A stretch of DNA of 64,000 nucleotides. It comes from Hypanus sabinus. Its lineage: Eukaryota. Below are positions 41,323 through 55,915 of the stretch, in pieces. The stretch spans positions 6,758,001 through 6,822,000 of the forward strand of contig NC_082736.1 of NCBI RefSeq assembly GCF_030144855.1, written 5' to 3'. The notes beneath the pieces were generated by a model. It was not told the DNA's origin. It ran no database searches and saw nothing but the letters and a program-made list of their open reading frames with translations. Position 1 is the first letter of the stretch; each line of letters starts with the position of its first letter. A program made the translations under genes and the position numbers.

Positions 41323-44180
41323 ACATAGAAACATAAAAAATAGGTGCAGGAGTAGGCCATTTGGCCCTTCGAGCCTGCACCGCCATTCAGTAAGATCATG
41401 GCTGATCAGCCAACTCAGAACCCTGTACCTGCCTTCTCTCCATACCCGCTGATCCCTTTAGCCGCAAAGTCCATATCTAGCTCCCTCTCTAATATAGCCA
41501 ATGAACTAGCCTCAACTGTTCCCTGTGGCAGAGAATTCGACAGTTTCACCACTCTCTGTGTCAAGCAGTTTCTCCTCATCTCGGTCCTAAAAGGCTTCCC
41601 CTATATCCTTAAACTGTGACCCCTCTTTTTGGACTTCCCAAACATCGGGAACAATCTTCCTGCATCTAGCCTGTCCAATTCCTTTAGAATTTTATACGTT
41701 TCTATAAGATTCCCCCTCAAAATCATCTAAATTCCAGCGAGTATAAGCCTAGTTGATCCAGTCTTTCTTCATATGAAAGTCCTGCCATCCCAGGAATAAA
41801 CCTGGAGAACCATCTTTGTACTCCCTCTATGGCAAGAATGTATTTCCTCAGATTAGGGGACCAAAACTGCACACAGTAATCCAGGTGTTGTCTCACCAAG
41901 GCCTTGTACAACTGCAGTAGAACCTCCCTGCTTCTGTACTCTAATCCTCTTGCTAATAAAGCTAACATACCATTCACCTTTTTCACCGCCTGCTGTCCCT
42001 GCATGCTCACTTTCAATGACTGGTGTACAATGACACCCAGGTCTCGTTGCACCTCCCCATTTCCTAATCGGCCACTGTTCAGATAATACTCTTTTTTTCC
42101 TGTTTTTGCCTCCAAATTGGATAACCTCGCATTTATCCACATTAAATTGCATCTGCCATGAATTTGCTCACTCACCTAACCTATCCAAGTCACCCTGCAT
42201 CCTCTTAGCATCCTCCTCACAGCTAACACTGCCACCCAGCTTCATGTCATCCACAAACTTGGATATTTTGCATTTAATTACCTCGTCTAAATCATTAATA
42301 TACATTGTAAACAACTGGGATCCCAGCGCGGAGCATTGCGGTACCCCATTAGTCACTGCCTGCCATTCTGAAAAGGTCCCGTTTATTCCCACTCTTTGCT
42401 TCCTGTCTACCAACCAATTCTCTATTCTCATCAATACCACACACCCAATACTGTATGCTTTAAGTTTGCACACTAATCTCCTGTGTGGGACCTTATCAAA
42501 AGCCTTTTGAAAATCCAAATATACCACATCCACTGGTTCTCCCCTATCCACTCTTCTAGTTACATCCTCGAAAAATTGAATAAGTTTCGTCAGACATGAA
42601 TGTCCTTTCACAAATCCATGCTGGATTTGTCCGATGATTTCACCACTTTCCAAATGTGCTGTTATCACATCTATGAGAACTGACTAGCATTTTCCCCACC
42701 ACCAATGTCAGGCTAACTGGTCTATAATTCCCCGTTTTCTCTCTCCTTCCTTTTAAAAAATAAATGGGGATATATTAGCCACCCGCCAATCCTCAGGAAC
42801 TAATATAGAATCTAAAGAGTTTTGAAAAAATTATCACTAGTGCATCCAATATTTCTTGGGCTACTTCCTTAAGCACTCTGGGATGCAGACCATCTGGCCC
42901 TAGGGATTTATCTGCCTTTAATCCCTTCAATTTACCTAACACCACTTCCCTACTAACATGTATTTCCCTCAGTTCCTCGATCTCACTAGACCCTCGGTCC
43001 CTTAATATTTCTGGAAGATTATTTATGTCCTCCTTAGTGAAGACAGAACCAAAGTAGTTATTTAGTCTGCCATGTCTTTTTTCCCTGTGATCAATTCACC
43101 TGTTTCTGACCGTAAAGGACCTACATTTGTCTTGACCAATCTTTTTCTTTTCACGTATCTATAAAAGCTAATACAGTCAGTTTTTGTGTTTTCTGCCAGC
43201 TTTCTCTCATAATCTTTTTTCCCTTTCCTAATTAAGCCCCTTGTCCTCTTCTGCTGGTCGCTGAATTTCTCCCAGTCCTCAGGTGTGCCGCTTTTTCTGG
43301 CTAATTTACGTGTTTCTTCTTTGGACATGATACTATCCCTAATTTCCCTTGTCAGCCACGGGTGCTCTACCTTCCCTGGTTTATTCTTTTGCCAAACTGG
43401 GATGAACAATTGTCGTAGTTCATCCATGCGATTTCTAAATGCTTGCCATTGCATATCCATCCTTTAAGTATCATTTGCCAGTTCATCTTAGCTGATTCAC
43501 GTCTCATAACTTCAAAGTTACCCTTCTTTAAGTTCAGAACCTTTGTTTCTGAATTAACTGTCGCTCTCCATCTTAATGAAGAATTCCACCATATTATGGT
43601 CACTCTTACCCAAGGGGCTCGCACAACAAGATTGCTAACTAACCCTTCCTCATTGCACAATGCCCAATCTAGAATTGCCTGCTCTCTTGTTGGTTCCTCG
43701 ACATGTTGGTTCAGAAAACCATCCCGCATACATTCCAAGAAATCCTTTTCCTCAGCAACCTTACCAATTTAGTTCACCCAATCTATATGTAGATGCAAGT
43801 CACCCATTATAACTACTGTTCCTTTATTGCACGCATTTCTAATTTCCTGTTTAATGCCATCCCCAATCTCACTACTGCTGCTAGGTGATCTGTACACAAC
43901 TCCCACCAGCGTTTTCTGCCCCTTAGTGTTATGCAGTTCCGCCCATATCGATTCAACATCATCCAGGCTAATGTCCTTCCTTTCTATTGCGTTAGTCTCC
44001 TCTCGAACCAGCAATGCCACCCCACCTCCTTTTCTTTCCTGTCTATCCCTCCTGGATGTTGAGCTCCCTGGAGCCATGTCTCTGTGATCCCAACTATATC
44101 ATATCCATTAATAACTATCTGCACATTCAATTCATCCACCTTGTTACCAATGCTCCTCGCATTGACACACAAAGCCTTCA
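41323..44180 (-). mobile_element. CR1 LINE covering nearly all of ORF2, multiple frameshifts
   Basis: ALCVNARSIGNKVDEL, GVVYRSP, QHGFVKG, YLDFQKAFDKVPH, FVDD; 3' UTR at ~41323-41450. Confidence 0.93.
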
Positions 44181-44437
44181 CCTCTGCACGTGGTGTGTGA
44201 GAGAGTTTATTTCGCTGGAGCGCTTTGTGTCGGATAGACCGTTGGAAATTGGCGGGTGTGGTAAAGTGAAGGCGGAGCTGGACGATGAGAGGCCGCTCTG
44301 GGCTCTGTCCGTTACTCTGACTCTGTCTCCTCCCTTCCCCGCCTCTATCTCTCTGTGCGTTTCTCGGGCAGGTCGGGGCGCTGTGTATAAAAGGAGACAG
44401 CAGCAGTCGGCTTATCACTGAGCAGCGACCCGAGTGA

Positions 44438-44758
<321 letters not shown>

Positions 44759-45430
44759 AAAACTCCCACTTCCTCCCGAACACAACACAAAGGCTCTTCT
44801 AAGAGCCACCCACCGCCTCACAGACGGAGCCGTGTCCACAACCTTTTAATTATTTTTATCGATATATTAATCTGGTTCCATTTGAAATAGATTAATCATT
44901 CCGCTTGAAATATATATAGCTGCGATTGTGCCTTTCCAGGCGGTGATTACCGTGAATGCTGGATGCATTTATATCGATCTTAATCATTCTGTCCATCTCG
45001 GTCAGAAATCAGTTCCCTCGTTTAGAGAATCGATTCCGTAATCATGCATTCAAATCTTAACTGAGGGAATTAAATATTAAATGAAACTGAAAATTCATGA
45101 TCAGTGATAGAATTAATTGTAAATAAAAAGTTATCAAGCACCGTCGCTGGGTGCTCTGAAATTGGCGGGCGGTTTGAAATTAATCGGGCGCCAATCACAG
45201 TGCATTCTGATTGGATAAAATCCGACCGCCAGTTAACAGTTTCCCATTTTGTCCCTGCCAGCCTGCATGAAATAATCAACCAATCACAGCAACATACATC
45301 CTTTAATAGACAGTCGGTATTCAGCCAATCATAAGCGGTGGGACGGCCCTTCCCAGCGGTATAAAGGCCTGTGCTGGAGCCCGTTTCGTCTATCTTGTTC
45401 CTGTGTTTCAGCCCGTGTCCTCACTCCTGA

Positions 45431-45847
<417 letters not shown>

Positions 45848-46891
45848 GCCCAGCCTACATACCGAACACCAGAAAAGGCTCTTTTAAGAGCCACTACCAC
45901 TGCAAACGAAAGAGCTGTAGCTTGCTGATCATTATTGTAGTAGCGATCTGCCTTCCCGATCGATTTTGCACTAATTGACCCCGAGCATCAGTTCTGCGCA
46001 GACAGGGTAATTAAGCGAGGGGTAGGAGATAATAGACAATGGACAGTAGGTGCAGGATTAGGCCATTCGGCCCTACTAGCCAGCACCGCCATTCACTGTG
46101 ATCATGGCTGATCATACACAATCAGTACCCGGTTCCTGCCCTCTCCCCATATCCCTTGACTCCGCTATCTATAAGAGCACTATCTGACACTCTTGAATGC
46201 ATCCAGATTAATTTCACTTCTCCCACAAACCTGTCGTGTACAGCTGGTGCGGCTGTTACCGTTTTGTTTGCTTTGGACATGGGGAAACGTTCGTGCCCGC
46301 TATGCTTGGAGTGGAGCATCCCGACGCGAGGGGTAGAGTGGGGGATTTCGGGGGGCGGTGACTACCAGGAAATAATTATTTTTTAAATTAGATTTCACTC
46401 TCTTGTACATTTTTGATATTGGTGTTTTGTGTAAATTAACAAAGTAGTTTTGTAGCTGGGGCCTGCATGAAGGTCAGTCGGCAATGCCACCGGGTAGTTT
46501 ATCATATATCCTCCCGCTGCAGTCCGTCCAGAGACGGATCCCTCTCTTAACACGCCCCCTCCCCTCTCGCGTAGGTTTCAGCAGTTCCCAATCAACTCAG
46601 CTGAATCTCCGCTGGTGTCTATGTCTCAGTCACTCTCTCCCAGATCGGAGAAGGAATTGGGCCTGAAATTGCCCACATCCCATATCTCTCAATCTCAGCT
46701 CGGGCATCCGTGTCTCATTTCAGACACCGCACCAAATGTCAGAGGTACCGGCAATCTCGGGTTCCATTGAGAAGTTCTCAATCGGACCCGGCGCTGGAAT
46801 CACAACACTCCGAATCAGCTCTTTTCTGAGATGTGGGTGGCTCTGAGAAGAGCCGTTGGGTTCAGATACACACAAATGGTGGATTCTCAAT

Positions 46892-47539
46892 TCACTTTTT
46901 GACGGCTGTTTTCTTGGGTTTCGAGGATTTCGACTTCGGCTTCTTGGCCGCCTTCGTCTTCGGGGCTGCAGCTTTCTTGGGGCTCTTGGGCTTCGGCGCC
47001 GCTTTCTTAGCCGCGGGTTTCTTTGCTGCCGCTTTCTTAGCCGCTGGTTTCTTTGCTGCCGCTTTCTTAGCCGCTGGTTTCTTTGCTGCCGCTTTTTTAG
47101 TCGCTGGTTTCTTTGCTCCTGCTTTTTTAGCCGCTGGTTTCTTGGCGCCAAGCTTCTTGCTGGGAGATTTCTTTGCCGCTGGCTTGTTCGCTTTCTTCAC
47201 CACCTTCACGGCAGTTTTCCCTTTACCGGATTTAAAGGATCCCGAAATACCCGAGCCCTTGGCCTGAACCAAGGAGCCGCTTTCCACTTTCCTCTTGATG
47301 CTCATTTTGACCTGGTGGCGACGTTTCGCCACATCGACACCGCTGTCGGCCAGAGCCTTCATGATGGCCGCACCGGACATACCCTTCCTATCGTGACAAC
47401 CCGCCACGATCTTATCGATCTGTTCGCCCAGCGAGGGACCGGTTGGTTTGCTCCGGGCAGTCGCCTTCTTCTTGGGAGTCTTCTTTGCGGCGGCGGGTGC
47501 GGCTGGAGGGGCCGTTTCGGCGGGTGCTGTCTCAGTCAT
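46892..47539 (-). CDS. H1: Histone H1 (5 aa differences from the unit-1 copy, all in the tails)
   Basis: Intact ORF; stem-loop 46839-46854. Confidence 0.96.
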   Translation of the reverse strand: MTETAPAETAPPAAPAAAKKTPKKKATARSKPTGPSLGEQIDKIVAGCHDRKGMSGAAIMKALADSGVDVAKRRHQVKMSIKRKVESGSLVQAKGSGISGSFKSGKGKTAVKVVKKANKPAAKKSPSKKLGAKKPAAKKAGAKKPATKKAAAKKPAAKKAAAKKPAAKKAAAKKPAAKKAAPKPKSPKKAAAPKTKAAKKPKSKSSKPKKTAVKK

Positions 47540-48151
47540 GTCGGCGACTCTGGTAAATCCTTCTCACAATCAGAACTGAATGAGAAATGAAGCGAAAGGC
47601 GGCGGCACAGAGCCATTTAAAGGCAGCGAGCGGACGGGGCGGAGACATCCTGCTGGCAGCTCCCGGCGGCTTCATTTTTCTGTGTTTCTCTCTCCTCAAA
47701 AACTCGCCGATTCCAATTCAAATCGGATGCTGCGGAGACTCGGACTAGTCCCTGTCCGTCCCAAAGGCCGGAAGGTTCGCTGGAAAGAAAGTTTAATCGG
47801 GATTAAAGGCAGCGCTTTCTATTTTAACCCATTTCCTTACTGCATTGCCCGCGTTCTCTCTACCGATCGTTGACCTGTTCTGTGTTTTATGGCTGAAATT
47901 TTTAATCGAATTAAAACGTTGCGGTTAATTCCCTCTTCGGGAATGATCTGGGGAGTGGGGCGCTTCCGAAACAGAAAAATCTTTTCATTTTCAACAGGAG
48001 GCGCTGAGAAATCCTACGATGTGTTCGGACTCACAAACACAGTGACACTGGTCTAAGCCGCCCTCTCCTTTAACTCACTCTCTCTGACACAGTACACACT
48101 CAATGCTGACGGAAATCAGCAACTCGGGCAGCATCAATGGTGGGAATAAAC

Positions 48152-48187
48152 AGCCGACATTTCGGGCTGAGACCCTTCCTCAGGACT
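48152..48187 (-). ncRNA. Minimal hammerhead ribozyme motif inside a foldback element (~48090-48265)
   Basis: Identical to 9963-9998. Confidence 0.7.
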
Positions 48188-51100
48188 CTGGTGGGAGATG
48201 CTGCCGGACTTGCTGGGTTCCTCCAGCATTTTGTCCGCGTTGTTCGCGATTCCCAGAATCTCTTGGCGTTATGCTGACCCAATGTTCACATCTGCACCTT
48301 CATCGCATTGTTCTGCCGTCAAAATAAAATGACAGATTCCTTGTCATATAACACGGTGATAAATGATTCTGGTTCCAAGGAATAAAGGACAACGGACATT
48401 GTCTGACCAACCTCTCTGTGTAACTGAGAACCTCAGGTCCGGGAAACATCCTTGGAAATCTTTTCTACTCTCTCCCCAGTTTAACCACCTTTCCTATAAC
48501 GGTGACAAGAGCTGTACACAATACAAGTTTGGCCTCCAGTCACTTACACAACTGTAACACAATGTCCCAACTGATATACTCAGTCCCCTGACTAATGAAG
48601 ATCAGCATGTTAAACCCCGTTCTTCACCACCCTGTCTACCAGTGACACCACTTTCAATGAACTGTGTGTGAGAGATTTACCCTTAAATCTCTCCGGCCCA
48701 TTACACTCCCTAATGACCGATCATTCATAGTGTAAGTTCTACACTGATTTGACTTTGTCTATTGTCTATTGCAATGTGCACTGCTTCACCATTGAAATGC
48801 ATTTATCACGCTGTGCTAAATGATCAAGATTGCCCGGTTAAATAAGAAATACAGAATAAACTAAACAGTGTAAAAGAGGATCAGGGAGGGATGTGATTCT
48901 GAAGGTGAGAATGGGAAACCTGAATCCTGATCCAGTCTTGCCTCTCTTTTACTCTTTAAATGTCTGAAAAAAATCATGTATTCTCCTTTCTACAATTGGC
49001 CAGTTACTTTAATAATTCATCTGTTCTCTCCATATTACTATTTTAGTTTCCTTCTGTTCTTTTTAAGTCCACTAATCCTTTAGCTTCCCACTAACTTTTG
49101 TGATATTCTCTGCTCTCTCATGTTCCTTTATGCTGCTTTTATCTTCCGTTGTTGGAGATGGTTGCCTCATTCTCCCTTTCAAATATTGTTTCTGCTGAGG
49201 GATGAACTGATCCTGCATCTGCCAAATTACTCCTGGAAACTCAAGCTTTTCATACAAAGGTAATCTGGTTAATGCTGTGGGAGTCAAAATGCCCGACTGC
49301 TGTAAGTCTGTTCCCATTACACCTCTGTGTGATTTACCAACATGTCTGCTCCGCAATACCTGAGCCTATTGGGAGGCCAGCAGTGTAATCCCATCAAAAT
49401 CACCATTCATCATTTTATTTAAAACCTCTACTTACAAGACCTCATCAAATCCCTCACTTATTACTGTAGTGTTGGACTCCTTAATCAAACATGCAACATC
49501 CCCCCACCTGTCAGGTAGCCTTTAAATGTTTCCCCTTTACCTTAAACAATGGTTTTGTAAATGTATGCTTCCCTACCCTGACACAAAGAGTGATTGCCTA
49601 CTGATTTCGTAAACCTTTGGATGGTTACCAGACAGCACCTTAATCTCTCTGGTGAGAAAGAAAGTCCCAGTCTGTCCAAACTTCTGCTAATAATTCAAAT
49701 CCTCCAGTGTCAGTAACACCCTCATCAAACCTCCCTCCACACTTTCCAGCTTCATGACATCCTTCCTGTAGCTGGGTGACTAGAACTGTGCACAATACAG
49801 TGCAATCTCACTTTGATGATGACATCCCAAATCCTGTAACTCAGTTCCCTGACCAATGAAGACAAATAGGCCAAACATCATCTTCACCAAACTGACTACC
49901 TGTGTTGTCATTTTCAGTGAATGATGTTCCTGTATTCCATGGACACTCTGTCTGCAATACTCTCCAAGGAACAAGAAATTACTGTGCAGGTCCTTCCCTG
50001 GTTGGACTTCTCAAAATGCAGGAGCTCACAATTGTCCACATCAACATCCATCTGCCATTCTTTGGCTGACTTCCCCAGGTCATCTTGATCCCATTGTATT
50101 CTCAAAGAATCTTCACTGTCCACTTTACCACCAACATTGCTGTCATCTGCAAACTCACTAATCACGTTCACAACAATGTCAGAGAAAGTGTTCACATCGA
50201 TGACAAATGACAGTACCAGAACCGATCCCTGTGAACGTCACTGGTCAGAGGCCTCCAACCTGAATGACAAGCTGCCACAACCACCCTCTGTCTCCTTCCA
50301 CCAAGCCAATTTTGTGACGCTGATATTAGGCAGAAACTTGTCTGGCATCCTTTCTGCTCCAAATGTGTAATACAGAAGAAATAAAGAATAAAGAATATCA
50401 TATCTTCCTACAGACCACACCTCTCAGAAGTACCGAAGCCTCAACTCGCACTCCAATTCTGGCCCACTCATACAATGACCACTCTGTTAAAATCTAACTT
50501 CTTTTTATTGGATCTTGGTAAGTGCCTAACTATGCGCAATCAAATGTCTTCCAGGGAACAATGAGATGCAAAATGTGCCAAATGCCCATGTTCACTTCAT
50601 TTAAACTGCCTTTGTCTTTGCATAATCATACGACTGTGGCACACAAAATTGTGAATGCAGGAAATCAAAGTACATGCCTGCACTGTTCCACAAGGCCACA
50701 AATGATAAAACAAACAAAACACTGTATAACAAACACTCAAATCCCTAACTGAGAGGAATGGAGATGCTGGATGCTCATAAAGATTTAAAGAGAAACAAGA
50801 TAAATGTTTATAAAATCAGGGGAGTGGGATCGACATACAAGAGGAGTCTGATGACAGATCAGCCTTTACATGGAATTGTTGGTGAGGGACTAAGAGAGAA
50901 CACACTGGAGGCTTCATCCAGTGAGACAGTGTGAATAGAGCTCAGGATAAGGGAGGTGTATTCACCGATGGAGTTGTGCTACAGGCCTCCCAAGTGCCAG
51001 CAGGAGGTAAAGAAACTGAAATGTAGCAGGGAATGAAAACTGTAAAAGCAACAGGGTCATTGTAGAGGGTGACTAATTTCCCCAATTTTGACAGGGACTC

Positions 51101-52276
51101 CCTTAGACTCAGGGGCTTAGATGTCACTGCATTTGTTAGAAGAATACTGGGATGTTTGATGATCTGGGCCTGTACTCACTGGAATCTAGAAGAATGAGGG
51201 AGAATCGTATAGAAACACATTGAATGTTGAAAGGCCCTGATAGCGTTGATATGAGAGGATGTTTCCTGTAATAGAAGAATCTAGAACCAGACCACATCCT
51301 CAATACAAAGATGCCCCTCTGGAATAGAGATGAGTAATTTCTTTAGTCAGAAGGTGATCAATTGATGGGTTTCCTTGGCATGAAGACAGTCAGTAGGGTC
51401 TCTTTTGCAAAATGTTCATTTATATTCAGAGGCCTGGGTGGACGAGAGTTTTTCAGTAAATACGATCGGTTCCACAGGGTAAACGTACCTTTGTAGACAG
51501 TCAGAGACCTGTATAGTTGTGCCGCGGAGAGCATTCTGACAGGCGGCATCTGTCTGGTGTGGAGGGGCTACTGCACAGCACCGAAAGAAGCTGCTGATAG
51601 TACCCAGGACAACTTCAGGAAGCGGTGCTCATAAAGGCAGCGTCCATTATTAAAGACTTCCAACACCCAGGGCATGCCCTTTTCTCACCGTTACCGTCAG
51701 GTAGGAGATAGAGAAGCCTGAAGGCACACTCAGCGATTCAGGAACAGCTTCTTCCCCTCTGCCATTCGATTCCTAAATGGACATTGAAGCTTTGAATAAT
51801 ACATCACTTTTCCAATATAGTTTCTCAGTCTTTGCACATTTTTAAAACAATCTATTCAATATACGTAACTGATTTACTTGTTTTTTCATTATGTGTTATT
51901 TTAATTATTATTGTTTTTCTTTCTCTGCTAGATTATGTATTGCATTGAACTGCTGCTGCTAAGTTAACAAATTTCACGTCAGATGCCGGTGATAATAAAC
52001 TTGATTCTGAAATGTAAAACGCAAATGTTATTTTTCTGTGAGGCGATGGGAATCGCTCATGAAGCAACGAACAGGCGATGTTCCCGCCTTCTCCACACCG
52101 GAACGGTCCGGGTCAACCCGCAATGTGGAACCCAGACAACGCGGTTCTAGGGTGATGAAGAGCGGAGTCGTTCAGTGATCGGAGATTAAATTTCCCTCTC
52201 GGGCCTGACTCTGGAAGTTCATTTCACGACTCTGCGCCTAGTGAACCCGCTGATTCTCTGCAAGGTGAGAGAGCTA

Positions 52277-52479
52277 CAATTCGAGGATTTCGGCCGTCAG
52301 GTACTCGAGCACAGCAGCCAGATAGACCGGGGCTCCGGCACCCACCCGCTCAGCATTGTTGCCCTTTCTTAGGAGTCTGTGAACCCGGCCGACAGGCAAC
52401 TGTAGCCCAGCCCGAGACGAGCGAGATTTGGCCTTGGACCGAGCTTTGCCAGCGCCGCCTTTTCCACGTCCAGGTACAT
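52277..52479 (-). pseudogene. H2A: Histone H2A pseudogene
   Basis: 2-nt insertion after the ATG (ATGTACCTGGA vs ATGTCTGGA); ~400-bp deletion of the 3' half and stem-loop at an ATTCG microhomology; F>L and Y>N changes. Confidence 0.93.
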
Positions 52480-53501
52480 TTTCACAGTCACGATATTCTT
52501 CCAGCGAGAATGAAGGAATCTTTACAATGCCCCAACTCGCCCTTTTTATACACCCTTTGAGAATGCAAACTGATGTTTGTGATTGGTGTAATTCTGCTTA
52601 TTCTCATTGGTGAAGAGAAATGCTCCAATCGAAGAACTGCCTTAATCACCAATCAGCGGTCCGTAAAAGTAGAAGCGGGGAAAATAACCGTCTCCTCCCC
52701 AAAGTGCACTGAAATCTGGAAAAAAGCCCACCAAAAAATAAATCTATTGTTCAAAAGTAATTTCAAGTTAAATAATTGCAGATCTGTTTTAAGATTGGGT
52801 CTTCGCATTTCCCTCTGTTACTGAAACCGGACACATTTGATTTAAGTGTAGTTGATATTGGAGTGTCTTGGAACTCAATTCTCTAATTTCTTCCAACCCG
52901 TAACGGAACCGAATAAAACTGACCCTCAGCTTCTGCCCGCGGTCGGTCCCTGTCTGAACGTTATCAGGTTATGGAAAACGGCTCTTCTCAAACTTTGTCC
53001 AGCGTCTAGTCTGCAATATTATAAAGTTATTATATGAAAGAACCATCACGAGGAAGTCTGCAGATGCTGGAATTTCAAACACACACAAAATGCTGGTGGA
53101 ACCCAGCAGGCCAGGCAGCATCTATAAGCAGAAGGGCTGTCGACGCGTCTCCATATGAAAGAGTCATGGGGTCTTTCGGGCTCGAGTTGAAATGAGATTC
53201 AGGAGTTACCCAACCGGAACCAATAAACTCCTGAAGCCACAAATAAAACAACAACGGCAGCAATCCTCCGCTTGGCATGGATACCAAGTGGGCGGACTGA
53301 TGGGAAATTGGGGGGGGGGGGGTGGTAACAATGTCTTCGCAGTTCAGTAGGATGTTGTTCCAACCGCGATCTAGCTCTTGTAGAAGTCACCAGACAAAGT
53401 ATGTGCAATTTATTACCGAAAAGCTAGTGAAACTCTTCCATTGAAATTGTGAGTGGCTCTTAAAAGAGCCGTTGTGTTTTCGATCATCTCACTGGGCAGC
53501 T

Positions 53502-53876
53502 TCACTTGGAGCTGGTGTACTTGGTCACCGCCTTTGTCCCTTCGGACACGGCGTGCTTGGCCAGCTCCCCGGGCAGCAGCAGGCGCACGGCGGTCTGGAT
53601 CTCCCGGGAGCTGATGGTAGACCGCTTGTTGTAGTGGGCCAGGCGGGAAGCCTCACCCGCGATGCGCTCGAAAATATCGTTCACGAATGAATTCATGATG
53701 CTCATGGCCCTGGAGGAGATGCCGGTATCGGGATGAACCTGCTTCATCACTTTGTAGATGTAGATGGAGTAACTCTCCTTCCTCAGCCTCTTACGTTTCT
53801 TCCCTGCCTTGCCCGCTGTTTTGGGCAAAGCTTTCCTGCCGCCCTTCTTCGGAGCGGATTTCCCTGGCTCAGGCAT
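53502..53876 (-). CDS. H2B: Histone H2B (124 aa)
   Basis: Intact ORF; stem-loop 53455-53470; TATTTAA and octamer-like box upstream. Confidence 0.96.
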   Translation of the reverse strand: MPEPGKSAPKKGGRKALPKTAGKAGKKRKRLRKESYSIYIYKVMKQVHPDTGISSRAMSIMNSFVNDIFERIAGEASRLAHYNKRSTISSREIQTAVRLLLPGELAKHAVSEGTKAVTKYTSSK

Positions 53877-54545
53877 CTCCTCTGACCGTTTCAGACCCAG
53901 AAATAAGCGGAATCGGCCGGGAGCACGAGTTAAATAGGCAGCACCCAGATCAGTATGTTAATGAAGGATGGGAATGCTTTGGATTCCCAATGGCTATTCG
54001 AAGAGAAGATTCATGCAGTCAATTCATTTCATTGGATAGCTGTAGAACACGTTCAAACAATCAGAACTCTCTCTCCGCGACCCATTGTCGTTTCGGCTAA
54101 CACCGTGGACTGGGAATGGCGTTAATCTGGCGAGTTGCCGCTGCCGGTTCATTCGGCAGGAAGGAAATCTAAAATACAAAATGGACCATAAAGTACAGGC
54201 GCAGTATTCGGCCATTCGACCTGTGGCGTCGGCTGGAAAAGCAGATGGAATGAGAAAAACACAAACTCGTTAATATGAAACGTTTATGTAAAGAAACAGG
54301 GCAGCAGGAAATCGAAGGTCAAATTGTCCTCATGAGAGATCTATTTCTGAGTGAGGTTGAAAGTCGAGTTTGTAGTCATATCGGAGACACAACATTTACA
54401 AAATATAAACATACTGTACAGAATTATAGATAGAAGACAATATGAGCAAGAATCTCAAGACAGTCCATTGCTGTGTAAAGTGGTCAAAGTGGTGCTGTAC
54501 TGAGTTGTGATGTGGGTTCTCCAGGTTTATTAAAGAACAAAATGA

Positions 54546-55244
54546 CTGTCCCTGTCAGTCTCTGGTACAGTGTGAGAGTGTGGGGTTCATTCTGTCCCTG
54601 TCAGTCTCTGGTACAGTGTGAGAGTGTGGGGCTCATTCTGTACCTGTCAGTCTCTGGTACAGTGTGAGAGTGTGTGGGGTTCATTCTGTCCCTGTCAGTC
54701 TCTGGTACTGTGTGAGTGTGGGGTTCATTCTGTCCCTGTCAGTCTCTGGTACAGTGTGAGAGTGTGGGGTTCATTCTGTACCTGTCAGTCCATGGTACAG
54801 TGTGAGTGTGTGGGGCTCATTCTGTACCTGTCAGTCTCTGGTACTGTGTGAGAGTGTGGGGTTCATTCTGTAACTGTCAGTCTCTGGTACAGTGTGAGAC
54901 TGTGGGGTTCATTCTGTACCTGTCAGTCTCTGGTACAGTGTGAGAGTGTGGGGTTCATTCTGTCCCTGTCAGTCTCTGGTACAGTGTGATCGTGTGGGGT
55001 TCATTCTGTACCCGTCACTCTCTGGTACTGTGTGAGTGTGGGGTTCATTCTGTCCCTGTCAGTCTCTGGTACTGTGTGAGTCTGGGGTTCATTCTGTCCC
55101 TGTCAGTCTCTGGTACAGTGTGATCGTGTGGGGTTCATTCTGTATCTGTCAGTCTCTGGTACAGTGTGAGAGTGTGGGGTTCATTCTGTAACTGTCAGTC
55201 TCTGGTACACTGTGAGAGTGTGGGGTTCATTCTGTATCTGTCAG
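54546..55244 (+). repeat. 46-bp satellite array 3 (~15 units), positional equivalent of array 1
   Basis: Same unit and same left junction (AATGACTGTCCC). Confidence 0.97.
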
Positions 55245-55708
55245 TGTTGTGGTTTCTCGTGCCCCAGAAATGACCAAGAGACGCAGAAGATTCTTCAAGA
55301 AGGGTTAAACTTTAATTTGCAAATCAAAGCTGAAACAGTCATTGAGCTAGTCGCTGATTGCCCACCGATCCCCGGACACAGCATTTTTTATATCAATCTC
55401 CTGTTCCAGTTTCACATGTACAACACGTATGTCCCATTGACTTAATCATGTTCTAATCTATAGCTCTCAGCTGCCTCTCATTAACACTCCATTGTCTTCT
55501 ACATTCTTAATATTTCATTCTCCTACTAAATTGGGTACATGCATAGCAAATAGCAAACTCAGAACTGAGCAAAGTTCTAATTTACATCTCTTTAGTTGCC
55601 TCTCATTAACACACCATTGTCTTTTACATTCCTAGGATTTCATTTTGGTCACATGCATAGCAAGCTGACTACAACTTTTATACTCCATAATATTTTTATA
55701 TTCCAATA
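55245..55708 (-). repeat. ERV-B 3' LTR with an internal duplication in U3
   Basis: Follows the PPT and ends ...CACAACA; TATAAAA at ~55390; ATTAAA at ~55312; TGCCTCTCATTAACAC.CCATTGTC at 55472 and 55597. Confidence 0.85.
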
Positions 55709-55915
55709 CTTCCCCCCTTTGAGACCCAGAGGGTCTCACACAGAGAAAAGACTAAGAGTCCACGCATAAAAGCCCCAATAAACTCAAGCACTTATTCCCA
55801 AATCTCGCGTTAAACTATAATTTTCTGCGCCAAGACCTCAAAGTATTTTCTCCCTTTTACCCTGGGCCGCTGATCCAAAAACATGTCCCTCTGTACCTGA
55901 GACAGGGAAAGAGAC

